From Podarcis liolepis (lineage: Eukaryota): a stretch of 64,000 nucleotides of DNA. Where the stretch lies: assembly GCA_965112155.1 (NCBI GenBank), contig OZ218098.1; one strand, 5' to 3'. The position numbers were made by a program, and so were the translations under genes. The first letter of the stretch is position 1; the number at the start of each line of letters is the position of its first letter. This document shows positions 1 to 12,018 of this stretch, one piece after another. The notes beneath the pieces are model-generated. The model saw nothing but the letters and a program-made list of their open reading frames with translations. It had not been told where the DNA came from and did not search any database.

Positions 1-346
1 ATATATTAGAGTTACTGTCCCACCCTGGGTTAAAACTAATACCTCAAGTATCTTCTCTCTCCACCCCCCCCCCAATGTATGAAAGAACCCCCTTTCCATG
101 TTTTGCTGTTGTAACATTGGCAAGAAGAGCAAGTGCTGTTTCACACCCGGGTGTTGCTATAAATAGAAGTGGAACCACCCGCCTCAAGAACACTCAATGG
201 CACTAACAGTACGTCCTAACCCAGCCTGCATGGAGAACTTCATTGTAACCATTAACTCAGATCAAACAGACTTGGGAATCGTTAGAGATCTGGCAGTGCT
301 GTTTACGGCATACGTAGCTTACTGCACGCACACACATATATATGTG

Positions 347-438
347 GTTGATTGTTGTTGTTTAGTCGTTTAGTCATGTCTGACTCTTCGTGACCCCATG
401 GACCAGAGCACGCCAGGCACTCCTGTCTTCCACTGCCT
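347..438 (-). mobile_element. BovB/RTE LINE 3' end fragment
   Basis: Minus strand reads ..GGCGTGCTCTGGTCCATGGGGTCACGAAGAGTCAGACATGACTAAACGACTAAACAACAACAA, the typical BovB 3' terminus with (CAA)n tail. Confidence 0.8.
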
Positions 439-1800
439 AAACTCGACACAAGTATTTCCAAGGTGGGAAGAGTGAGTGTGTACATTGATGTTTGGGTGAT
501 GGGCACCATTTTGAATGAAAATAGTGAACCAAGACATTATTTTGGTGTTACTTTGCCCATTTTTGGCACAGGTTCAGTCATCTGTCGAGATCATAACGAA
601 ACATTGCACAAGGGTTCCCAAGATGGGGGCAGCAATCTTTGGCAATGTTTGGCTGCTGGATGCCAAGCCTGTGCAGAGCTTGTCTGAGACCCATGGCAGA
701 AGTCCCCTGTTGACTGGGAGGAATGGGGTATTATTGGCATGACAGTCCAGCAAGCCCCTGCCCCGTCCCCCAGCTGGCTTAGCCCTCTGAGGCCCGGGGC
801 AGGTATGCCTGGCTCCCCCCACTCTACACAGGCTTCCTGGACACCATCTTGAATCATGATGGCAGACCAAAACATGACTTTGGCATGACTTCACCCAATT
901 TTTGGCGGGACATGTCTAAACTCACAAATTACACTCCGTTTAAAAATAACAGGTTTCTAAAAATTCCCAGGCAGCGCCAAGCACCCCCTGCTAATAAAAG
1001 TGGCGGAACCATCTTAGTGATATTTTATATTAAATCCTGATGGGGTTGTGTGCCTTGTCTCTTACAACACATATCTTCCATCTAATAGATAAGAGCAGAG
1101 GTTAGACATATAATGGTCACAAGTTATCTCTGCTTTGTTGCCTTTGCAGTAAGTTTCACTCACTGTAGGAAGCAGCATTGCCAGATCTCCAAGCCAAGTC
1201 ACAATAAAGAGCTTCTCAGTCCTTTGAATTTAGCTAACAGTTCCAATAACTGTAAGTGACCCTAGGCCAGTACATACTGTCTATGCTTCCATAGATAGCC
1301 AGGTTTCCCCTGCAATGAGTACCTATTAGCGCCGGGAACAGAACAAACAGTGAGCTTCTTCTAAAAATATCCCATGCACACATAATGTGTAGGGAGTTCT
1401 CTCCATTCAAAACAGTGATCAGTAATGGACAATCGGTGTTCTGTTTAATAAATATAATGAAACCAGTAAGGAAGTATCAACAGAGTTTCTATGGAATCTA
1501 CAGTGCAATCCTATACTCAGAAGTGAAGTGAGCCTTGCTGAGTTCAATGGACCTTACTCCCAGCTCAGGTAAATGTGTATGGTATGACATCCTTAGAATC
1601 CCAATATTTTTAAAGCTGACCAATCAGCTCTTTCCCCCATTAAATCTGGGCACCAAATTAGCAAATGCATTCTATTCAGCTCAATATCCATTCTGTGTTT
1701 TTAATCATAATCTTGGCTGGCAGGGATGAGGGACTAACCTTCAGAAATAGGTTATGGACCTAGGTTTCCTTGGCATTCATGGAATTGCCATTATAATATG

Positions 1801-1975
1801 CAGTGCTTTTTTCTGGGGGAATGCAGGGGTATGCACACCCCTAAGCATTTTGTGAATCTTTGTACTTTTGTCATTTACTGTTTTTATTTTTCCCAATTTG
1901 AGCTATAAAATGGTGGTTTTCTTGAGTCAAAATGAGAGTACCCCGAAACGGTTTTTTAGAGGAGGGGAAGCACTG
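1801..1975. mobile_element. Non-autonomous hAT-type MITE
   Basis: TIRs CAGTGCTT..AAGCACTG with perfect 8-bp TSD ATAATATG (1793-1800 and 1976-1983). Confidence 0.85.
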
Positions 1976-2637
1976 ATAATATGTTTGCACGGTGTATAAT
2001 AATTGCCTGAAATAGTGGGTTTTCATCATGACACATGTGGAGTACGGAGCCGATGTGATGTGTGAGGTGGATTCCATTTGATGCCTTTCCACTCACAGAG
2101 AAGGCATCTGATAATGGAAGAACACAATTCACTGTGTTCTAGAGGGTTCTTCAACCCCCCCTGGAAACTGATTCTTTGGGGGTACAGGGGGAATTAGCAA
2201 AAACTGCCGTTCCCTCCTCCTCCATTGGGCACCATGGGCATCTCTCCCAGATCCAAAGCCCTTCCATGAGCACAGGTGCGCCAACTGGATCCAACCATGT
2301 GAATTTTTTTGTTTTCTGGCCCACGTTTTTGTCCTTTAAGGCCTAGCAAGGAGGACTGGATCAGGGTAAAATCTGAGGCATTAAAATATTCCAGTGTTCT
2401 TTGTTCGTTATTTCAAAATGTGGTCTTAACAGAGGCAGAGGAGGCACAAAGCACATGAAGACTTTTTGTAGCGCACTCACACATATTCTTATTTTATCTG
2501 ATTGGGCCTAAACACCTCCTCAGAGGGGCACATCATTGTGCAAACAAAACTCAATTTGAAATGTTCATAACATCCAGTCCAATCCCAGCAAATTCCACTC
2601 TGGCTCATTCTACTCCTTCCCCCAGTGCCGTCCCTTT

Positions 2638-2643
2638 TATAAA
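2638..2643 (+). promoter_or_regulatory. TATA box of the OLFM4-like gene
   Basis: TATAAA(G) about 60 nt upstream of the signal-peptide ATG at 2700. Confidence 0.6.
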
Positions 2644-2699
2644 GAGGGTTCAACAAAAACGTCCCAGACCAACTTAGCAAACCCTCTGAAACAATTAGG

Positions 2700-5600
2700 A
2701 TGTTTGGGCTGCTCCTGTGCCTCGCTGTGGCTTCCTTAGTGAGTATTTTGCCCAGTGAGGGAATGCAAACCAACTGGTGGAAGTGAGATAACCTAGGGTT
2801 GCCATTTTTCAAAAAGTAAAAATCAGGACACCCCAAAAATTGTTTGTTTGTTTTTTAAAAAAATGCCCCAAACACATGATTTTTCGATTGACTTGCCTAA
2901 GATCCAGGACAAAGTGCTGCCTTTCAGAAATTCCCTCGGAGGTCAATTCTGCCTTTGAAATCCCTAGATAATCCCAGCCCACCCTTCAAAATGTAGTACT
3001 TCCAGAAAGTGGCTTAATATTGTAAATGGGTTGTCCAGATATCACAAATGTAGTGGTGTGTTTTTTTAATTTACCAGATTTTCCGTAGCAAGGAGGGAAA
3101 TACAGGCTAACAATCTGATGCTGATGTACTGGGGATGCTGAGAAAATTATTCCGTTCATGAATGAGGAACACTTACCTGTGATTCCTGCATAGCAGGGGT
3201 GGAATAAATGACCTTTGAAATCCCTTTCAAGTCTACAGTTCTACGACCCCACAATAAACACCCACCTGGAAGCATCCCAAAAGCCCAAGATGTACGAGAA
3301 AACAAATGATTATTTCCCTTTGGCTTTGACACATCAAACAGGGTTTTAGATGCAACAATTCCTACTTGGAAATAATTTATACAGTGGTATAAAGAGCAGA
3401 AAACAATGCAAAGACTTGTGGGAGCAAAGAAGGCATGACATGGGTCTGGAGATTCTTGCATTTCATTCAATATTGTGAAACCATGTTTTTGTTCAGGAAT
3501 CACATGAGAAGCAACCAGAACTCAGTACTAAAGTGAGTTACTTAAGCTGCACATATACCTTTAAAGCATTTTCTGCTTCTGGGCACTGTCCTTTACTCCT
3601 TGCAGAGTTACGATTCCCAGCAACCCTTAAAAAACTGCAGCATCTAGAATTCTTTGAGGGAAAGAATGTGCTTTGAATATAAAAGTGTAGTGGATATACT
3701 CCAGTGGGAAGGGAAGGGAAGGGCAGGAGAGTAGAGTGTGAAGGGATTGTGGTTTAGCACGAGCAAGCGTAGATTGAAAGGAGTGGATTGAGGCTGTAGG
3801 AGAGCAATCAGCTCATAGGCCAAACGAACTACAGTGGCACCTCAGGTTAAGTACTTAATTTGTTCCAGAAGTCCGTACTTAACCTGAAACTGTTCTGAAC
3901 CTGAAGCACCACTCTAGCTAATGGGGCCTCCTGCTGCCGCCGACCCGCCGGAGCACGATTTCTGTTCTCATCCTGAAGCAAAGTTCTTAACCTGAAGCAC
4001 TATTTCTGGGTTAGCGGAGTCTGTAACCTGAAGCGTATGTAACCTGAAGCGTATGTAACCTGAGGTACCACTGTAGAAGCTTTATTCTTTCAAATGGTAA
4101 CTACCTAGACTCAAGTACAATCTGTTGGAAGAGACTTTACCCAAAAAACACAATGTAGAAGGCTCAGTCTAGTGGTGAATGGGGAGCATTTCCTGGCTAA
4201 AGGATGTGGTGGGGAGGTTGCTGTTCTCAGGAAACTATCCTGACCTTAGTTGACTATCAGGTTATGAGAAAGGGCTAAATCAAGCGATGAAGCATCCCAT
4301 TTGCCTTTCTGCATCCATCGTCCCAGGTTGCTGCAGATCAGATCATCTTCCACGATGGACCAATAGCAAGTGATGACGAAGACAATAAATGTATCTGCAG
4401 CATAGAGCTCCCCGACACTACTTTTCCTTCACATCTGATGGTTATCCTGGAAAACGCTTATAAGAACCTGACTGATATTTATGAAGAAGAAGGGAGCAAG
4501 GTAAGGGGGCACACTTCGGCACATAGACAGCATGCCAAATATTTATTCCCTGCCTAGAATCACTAATGCTGTCTAGTTCTGACTGTTTCCAGCAGCTGAA
4601 CAATATAACACAATCAGTGACTACAGTATCATATGAGCACTGATCCTGAGCATATTTTCTACAGTGTTTATATTTGCTTACATGTAAGATTGGCTTGTTA
4701 AGAAACTGAACTGCATCCTTCTCATATTAATTCTTGCAAGTCTGGCTGATGAAGCATTGAACGAAACAGATTGGTTATCCGGAAACTCTGTTCTGGAGAT
4801 ATTTGGTGACAGATTATGTATATATCAAACTTTTGAATTATTCTACCGCGACTGGTGAAGAAGATTTAGAGACTTTGGTTGTAATTTCTGATCATTTGTA
4901 TTAGTCTATAAATAGTGTTTAGTGCCATTGTTATTGGCCATCATGCTGTGTTATATTGTTCAGCTTGTCTATATTGTAACACAGGGGAATGGTACTGGCG
5001 GGGGGGCGTGTGTGTGACAGAATGTGGCTCACAGCTCACAGATCTTTCAAGGCATGTTAACCCTTCCTCCAAAGCACTGTTACTGGATAGCCCTGGTAAA
5101 ATAGTCCACCACCACCCACTATAAACTAAATTTGTCAGTCACAGAAGTGCTCCGAATTCTCCCGTCTCCACAGCCCAATGTTTGTGAAAGTGCAAAGTTG
5201 AAGTCTACTCATTGTCTGGATACACCTTCAAAACTGAGTGATAAAAGAATGGTTGTTCCAGAGAAAAGGACAAGCATGGAAGCAACAATTGTAATGAAAT
5301 GGTTGTTCATGATTTGTGGAAAGATGTTTTCAGTATCCTGCTAAGTGTGTGTCCTGTAAATTTCTCTAGGCTATGAAACTCCAGACAGACTTGGCATCAT
5401 TTAATAGTACCTTGAAGAAATTAACCGCAACAGTGCGTCAGGTTGAGATGGAAGGTATCAAGGATGAAGAAACTTATCAAGACCTCCTAGAAAAAATTAA
5501 TCATACGAAGCGATGGGCTCGGGATCTGACTAATGCTCTAAGTGCAACTGGTGCGGGCATTACATCTTTAACCGAACAGGTAGGTACAAAATGTTTGGGA

Positions 5601-7163
5601 GCACAGCAGTTTGAATTGTGCTTGCACATTGTACTGAATACACCAAGAGTGGTGCTCCTGTTTGAGAGGATTCAAACCTGCTTTAGAAAGAGCATTTGGG
5701 GGACTGTTTGGGGCTCCTCAAGGAAACTTTTAAAATATTTCTGTGCAATGCTGAGTCCTCCATGGCTAGAGAGCTGCTTCAGGGAGCAGGAAAACATGGG
5801 ATGAGAATTTTGCCTATTTTAATGCTTACCACTAGCATAAAGTCTCAAAAGAGGTTATTCCTTCCTTACCTCTCCTCGTTATTTTTTTACAAAAAAACAG
5901 ACACTTTCAACATTCCATGGCTCATGGACCTACCGTAATTAAGAATGTTGTGAGCAAAGGCAAAAACCTCTGCTCCAAGGCATGTAAGATGGAGCCAAGC
6001 ATCATTTTCATCAGGGATTTGGGGACTGGTAGTCCTACTAACTTAGTAGCACTAAGCCCATCCCTGAGCCAAAGGATGCTCTGCCAAGGCTCTTTGAGCA
6101 CCTGCTGCCACAACCACTATCCTCTTTCCTGGCCTCAAAGGTGATTTCTTAGCAATTGAGGACAGGGATGTGAGGAAGGAGGCTGTGCAGAACACAAGTG
6201 CCTTCAAGCCTTTTGCAAGTGCTTGCACTGACTTCTTGCAGAAAGCTTAAGCTCACAAAAGTGCAATCCTTTGGAATTCAAACAGTGAGATATTCATGCA
6301 TCCCTAAACTTAATGACTAGATGCACCTAAGTCCTGTTCAAATGTTCTTCAAAAGTGGGTGAGAATAGCACATGGAGGGGAGGGGAGTTGGGGCCATGCA
6401 CTCACATCTCCATCTACAGCATCCCCACTGCCCCTCCTCTGACATACACACATTGAATGAGGAGGTCTGGAAAGGGGACCTCAGTGGCTGAGCATATTGT
6501 AGATCCTCCCTGCAACTGGAAAACCAGTACTAGCAGGTTTCCTGATCTCAAGGAGGATTCTAAGGGCATTCCCTTAGGCAACATCCACACCATACATTTG
6601 AAGCACATGGCTTCCTCCAGAGAATCCTAGGAAATGTGTTTTGTGAAAGGTACTGGGAACTGTAGCTCTGGGAGGTGTAAACTACAGTTCTCAGGACACT
6701 AACTGCACAATTTCTGGTTGAAGCCAATTGGGCCTCTGGTTGATCTCAGTGATGAGATATAAGGGCTCAGGCAGGCCTTAAGATATCCTGGACCCAAGTT
6801 GTTCAGGGTTTTGAATTTTTGTGAAAACTGCAGGTTCTTTTCACACATAGTACATCTTTATTGTATGATGCTTAGCTGGGGGGTAGGATTTGAGAAATAA
6901 AGGCATGCCCCCTTAGCACCTTTGAGATATTTCCCAGCCGTTCAGAAGCCTTGGAGAAGATCCAGCTATTAAGAACAATCAGTCAGTGTCTCTGGGTCAT
7001 AGAATTATAGAGTTGGAAGGGACCGCAAAAGTCATTTAGTCCAACTTCCTGCAATGCAGGATCCTTTTGCCCAATGTGGGGCTTAAACTCATATCCCAGA
7101 GATTAAGAGTCTCATGCTCAATCCATACAATAACAAGAGAGGTAATTGGTTACATCATCATCA

Positions 7164-7215
<52 letters not shown>

Positions 7216-9663
7216 TGTGTGTGTTTGTGCATGCTTTAGCCTCTCTCATTCAATCACTCATGAAGCTGTCAAACACATCTACTACCACAACACACAGGGA
7301 GACGCTGCAGTAGAAAATTGCTTGGGGCTGTTCAATTAAACATGTGCTAATATGTTTCAGGTCTCCAATGTCTTCAGTATTGTGTGGGAACTAGAAAAGT
7401 TTGACGAGAACAATGTGTTGTTGACACATAGGGAAATAGCCACTCTCAAGAAACAACTGGCCGATTGCGAAGACTCTGTTACAAATCCCAATTCTGGCCT
7501 CTCTCCCTCTGGAAACTGGACTCCAGAGTTTGGTGAGTCCTACCGTGTGATTGTGGGCTGGAACGTCTCCTTACATTGGTTTGTCTATAAGCTACATTAT
7601 CATCATCATCATCATTATCATCACCATTATCACCGTCACCAGTATTAATATTTATTTGTTGCTTTTTTCACAAAAGTGACTGAAAGCAGCTTGCACTGTA
7701 AAAACCACCATTAAAAACAAATCTAAGAAAAAGAATAACATCACGGCATAAAATGCTCATTGTATATAAAAGAGCAGATCCAAGTCAATCTGCCCCACTA
7801 AAAATGTGAGTGGAAGAAGACACCACAAACATAGTTAAGTACTCTCCCAAATGAACGGCCAAAAGCCTAGGAGAATAAAAAAAATGTTTTTGCCTGGGAC
7901 CTAAAAGCAGATAACACAACCAGGCATGCCTCCCTGGGGAAAGCACTCTACAAACGGGGAGCCACCACTGAGAAGGCTTGCTTCAGTCTGGTCACCCCAC
8001 AAACTTAACCCAGCTTCTTCTCACAACTAGCACATCCTCAGCGAGCTATTTGAGGCACCAGCTGACCCAGGAAAATTTTACCGTCATTTAAGCTTTGAGC
8101 TCTTTCACTAGATCAGTTCTCAGTTTGTACCGGTAGAGATCAGGGTAAAAGGAATTTCCTAATAATTACTGGATTACCTCCCACTTAATAGTTCTTTATA
8201 TTATAAAGAGGCCTGCAGAGCCCTTCTGGTGCCACAGGGTCCCCCCGCCATTTGACATTAGACTTGAAAGAAGCATTCTGTTGCACTTACTAATAGAATG
8301 TAGCATGTGCTTGTGCTTAGTGCTCACAGCAGTTCTCAGGTTTGCAAATGATCCCAAAAGGGATGATGACCACCTGCTTTAGTGAGAATTTTGGAAGGCA
8401 AACATGTAATGAACAGCTGATCAATGACAGTACAGAGGAGGAATTGGGAAGCATTATGCAGAGAAAACACAGCAGGGCAGAGGAGTCTGGGTTGGGGGGC
8501 CTGTCCCGTTTTCTAAACGCAGTGGGATAAAACTTGGCAAAGCTTTTGAAACCAACAGAATGCCTAACATGATCACAGAAAACAAAGATGATTTAGTTAC
8601 TTATCTTGTAAAATTTATGCACCTCTTGTTTATTAAAAAAACCAAAAAAAACCCAAAACCCTCAGAGCAGTTTGATGAAGGCGGAGAAAAACTTGTCAAG
8701 AGGAGCCACAAACAAAAGTAATTCCCTTTCTATTCCCTGGCAGGTAACTGCAACAACAAGGTGTTGATAAACGTTAGCAAGCCACTTATAGTGAAACTCA
8801 ACTGGCAAGGTTTAAGCTACAAATTCAGAGCTTGGGGAAAGGACTTTGCTGTTGGAAACAAGAATCCTGACGCATACTGGGTTGCCCCGCTCAACACAGA
8901 CGAGCGTTTGTTGGAAACCTACCGCATCTACAACTCCTATTCCGACCTGCTGCTCTACAAAAGCCAAATAGAGAAAAGCCTTTCTCAATTTGTTGGGTTC
9001 ACCTGGAACTACATCAACTGTGGGCAGGGAAGCGGGACTATTTTGTACAACGGCAGCTTCTATTACAACTGCTACAACTCCAGGAACCTGTGCAAGCTGG
9101 ATGTGGCAACCAGTAAGGTCCACCGCAAGACCGTCGAAGACGCCGTGTTCAACAACTGGTACTCTTATAGCGGAATCAATTGGCTGGACTTTGATTTCTC
9201 CGGGGATGAGAATGGACTGTGGCTCATTTACTCCATGGAAAAAAGCAAGGGGAAAATATCGATTGGGCAGCTGGATCCCAATACTCTGACAATAGTCGGG
9301 TCATAGCAAACCTCACTGTACAAGCCTAAGGCAACCGGCACCTTCATGATCTGTGGGGTGATGTATGCCTTGATGCAGGTGAGTGAACACAATGAGAAGA
9401 TCTTTTACAAATATGACACTAACACAGCCACAGAAGGCTCTATGGACATCATCCTGGAAAAGCTCACAGGCACACCGCAAAGCATAATGTACAACCCCAA
9501 TGACCACAAGCTATACATGTACAATGATGGCTACCTGGTCAGTTATGATGTGATATTCCGACGCGTACCCCTGTTCCAAAAGAGGAGCGTGGTCAGTGTG
9601 AAGAGCCAGATACTTTTGCATTGGTCAGTAAAAAACACTTCAGCTCACGAGACTTTGCCATAG
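2700..9663 (+). CDS. Olfactomedin-4-like secreted glycoprotein, 5 coding exons; in-frame TAG at 9304-9306 (null allele, young pseudogene, recoded site or sequencing error)
   Basis: Exons 2700-2738 (MFGLLLCLAVASL, signal-peptide-like, gtgagt donor), 4327-4500 (CICSIELPDTTFP, cf. OLFM4 CQCSVSLPDTTFP), 5370-5579 (coiled-coil), 7361-7532 (LEKFDENNVLLTHREIATLKKQLADCE) and 8744-9663 (olfactomedin domain: NVSKPLIVKLNW, AWGKD, YWVAPLNTD, GQGSG, DENGLWLIYS, FMICGVMYA, YNPNDHKLYMYNDGYL). All introns are GT-AG and phases join to 1515 nt. Codon 386 is TAG. Confidence 0.9.
3832..4073. mobile_element. Tc1/mariner (Tigger-like) MITE
   Basis: TIRs CAGTGG(C/T)ACCTCAGGTTA, TA on both flanks; inverted sister copy at 28455-28680. 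Confidence 0.85.
7165..7228. repeat. Compound (CT)n(GT)n microsatellite
   Basis: Direct inspection. Confidence 0.95.
7645..8000 (-). mobile_element. Decayed L2 LINE 3' fragment
   Basis: Reverse complement resembles the 3' part of the 37600-38520 element (GCCTTCTCAGTGGTGGCTCCCCGTTTG..CTTTCCCCAGGGAGGC). Confidence 0.6.
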
Positions 9664-9781
9664 CCTGAAAGAGAAAAAAGGCCAGGCACGCACAACATTT
9701 ACCTATTGGCAAATACATATTTTAAATGGTAAAAGTCTTGATTGTAAGGCCAGCAGACAGATTCTATCTTTAAAGGGTATA

Positions 9782-9787
9782 ATTAAA
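9782..9787 (+). terminator. Candidate polyadenylation signal (ATTAAA) of the OLFM4-like gene
   Basis: ATTAAA about 120 nt after the terminal stop at 9663. Confidence 0.4.
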
Positions 9788-10128
9788 CAAGCCCTTTTCT
9801 TCACAGTGGACTCAAGTGTCTACGTGTGTGAAGAGAACATGTCACAGGGTTGGCTGCTCTCACCATTGAACCTCCACTGCCTTTCCCTCGCACCAAATGA
9901 TTCTGGCAGTAACAGGATTAGGGCTTTGGTGTGGAATCTGCTATAGATCATGCCACTGAGTAACTAGGAGTTCATAAACAGCAGACATACACCCTGAAAT
10001 CACCTTGCGTGTGTTGTGCTTGTGTGTGTCTGTCCCCTCCGCCTAGTTATGACACCTTTTGGGCCTCTCCTCAGGTGTTAACATTTGCCATCTGGAGGAC
10101 ATAAGTTCCACAACACCTGAGCTTCACA

Positions 10129-10183
10129 TTTATTCATTTTCAAGAGTTGCATTGTAGGAGTTAATGTTGGGTTGCTCTTTATT
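10129..10183 (-). terminator. Two AATAAA polyadenylation signals of BCS1L
   Basis: TTTATT on + at 10129-10134 and 10178-10183, 150-200 nt downstream of the BCS1L stop. Confidence 0.6.
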
Positions 10184-10332
10184 TTCTTTACAAAAAGGTG
10201 GCCTCACTGAGGTGGACATGTGGATGGCATCATCCTCATGATTATCTCATCCCGCCTAAACAAATCCATGCATGCAAACAACCCTTTTCCTGGGGAAGCC
10301 ATATGCAAAGCGGTCTCGGGGTTTGTTCAACG

Positions 10333-11987
10333 TCAGGATATAAGAGCTTGCACGTTCTTAAGGGCTGCGTCCGGATCCGCCTTGTATAGCATGAAGTGGC
10401 CTTGGACTTGCGCGGCACTGATCTGATCAGAGGCGGACACGGCCTGTTTGGCAAACTCCTCGGCCGCAGCTGCTGGCTGGTCTGGGTAGAACCTCTGGAA
10501 CATGCGCCCGAGCTGCCACTCTGAGCAGTACCCCACGTACTGCTTCAGGTCCACCCGGCCAGGGCGAACTAGGGCTGGATCGAGCCTGCAGGGAAAGAGA
10601 AGAAGACAAATGAGGCTCAGCAAATGCTCAGGTGGGAAATATGGTCTCTATGCTCCTCTCACTTGGGGTATCATCTCCTTGTTCTCTCTCTAACCCCAAG
10701 AAGATACAGGGCTAGGGGAATCTGCTTTCCCCTTTATTTTTTTGAGCTACTCTCTAAAAGAATATAAAGTAACAGTGCCTTGTAATTTAACTACACCCAC
10801 GTCTTGCTGCACTCACCCATCATGCTCCTCTTTCTCCATACCTGCCAAGTTACCCATCCCCTCCTACAATCTCAGAGGAGCCTGCATGGAACCAGGAACA
10901 GTAAACAAGGACAGAACCAGATCTTCAGTTTCTGTATTAAATGCTGCAAACCAGCATGACCAAAGGAGCCAGAAGTCCATATGTATATATACCCCAGACC
11001 ACTCCCTAGAAAGCATGACCCCAGTGTTACCCAAAGCCTTACCCAGCCAGTTTTAACTGGCTGACCCTGTCTGCTGAGCATTTGCTCTTCTACCCCGCAC
11101 ATGACTCCTTCAGCACCAGGCTTACATGGCTGGCAGAGTCCTGTGCTTGTGGGAGAGGATGTGTCACAGGTCTTGGAGACTACAAGAGCCCCAAGATAAG
11201 ATTCTCTTCCGTCTTCTCCTATAGTATCATCTTCTGGAACAGGAAGTGTGTCTTCATTCCTGCTGCCTTCCTCCTTTTTGTACTTAAAATAGTTACCAGC
11301 TGGTCCCCAGAAAGGCAGACTTTGCCTCATAAAGACAGCACTTCCAAGGGGTGGGACACAAACTGCCCTCCTCTGTTACTCACTGCAATCTCCTTCTTGA
11401 CTGAGTTACAAGGAAGCTCATGGAGTTGCCTTGTGTGAGCTAGGGATGGACGGATCAGTTTATTTCGGGTCCATGTCCAAAGTGTTACAGGTGTTAAGTC
11501 TGCTCTGTTGCTTTTCCACTTTAAGATCTGTATTTTTTTTATTTAAAAAATCCATACAAAAATTCGTATTTAAAAATGCATTTTATTATAAATGCATATT
11601 TAAATAGTATTTATCACAGGGTATGCATCTCTAAATGCATTTCCTCCTAAAAAAATAAATCTTAATGCATTTTGGGAACCAAGGACTGTATTGCAAAATT
11701 TGGAGGAGGTGAAGGATAATTGTGAATTCGTTTGGGAGGTACAAATTTGGCTAGCTTGCTTGAAAATGCAGACAAAACAAAACTCTCCTCCACCCCTAGC
11801 TTGTCTTCACCTCAAAAACACCAATGGAGACATCTTAGGCACTGTGTTACTTGAGGAATCCTTGGTCCCACCAAGGGAAGTGAACCCTTTGGATCGAACT
11901 GGCCTACCACCAAAGGGACTCCATTTGCAGGCTTCCTCCCAGCCACTGAGCGGTGAAGTAGGCTGATTTGCTGGAATACTGGTCCTT

Positions 11988-12018
<31 letters not shown>

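Noticed and set aside
9304-9306. Selenocysteine or pyrrolysine recoding
   Set aside because: The codon is TAG, not TGA. The homologous residue is Trp, and vertebrates lack pyrrolysine.
8761-9663. Two separate ORFs (181 aa and 105 aa) read as two genes or two exons
   Set aside because: They are in the same frame and the 13 codons between them align to OLFM4, so this is one exon interrupted by a TAG, with no intron.
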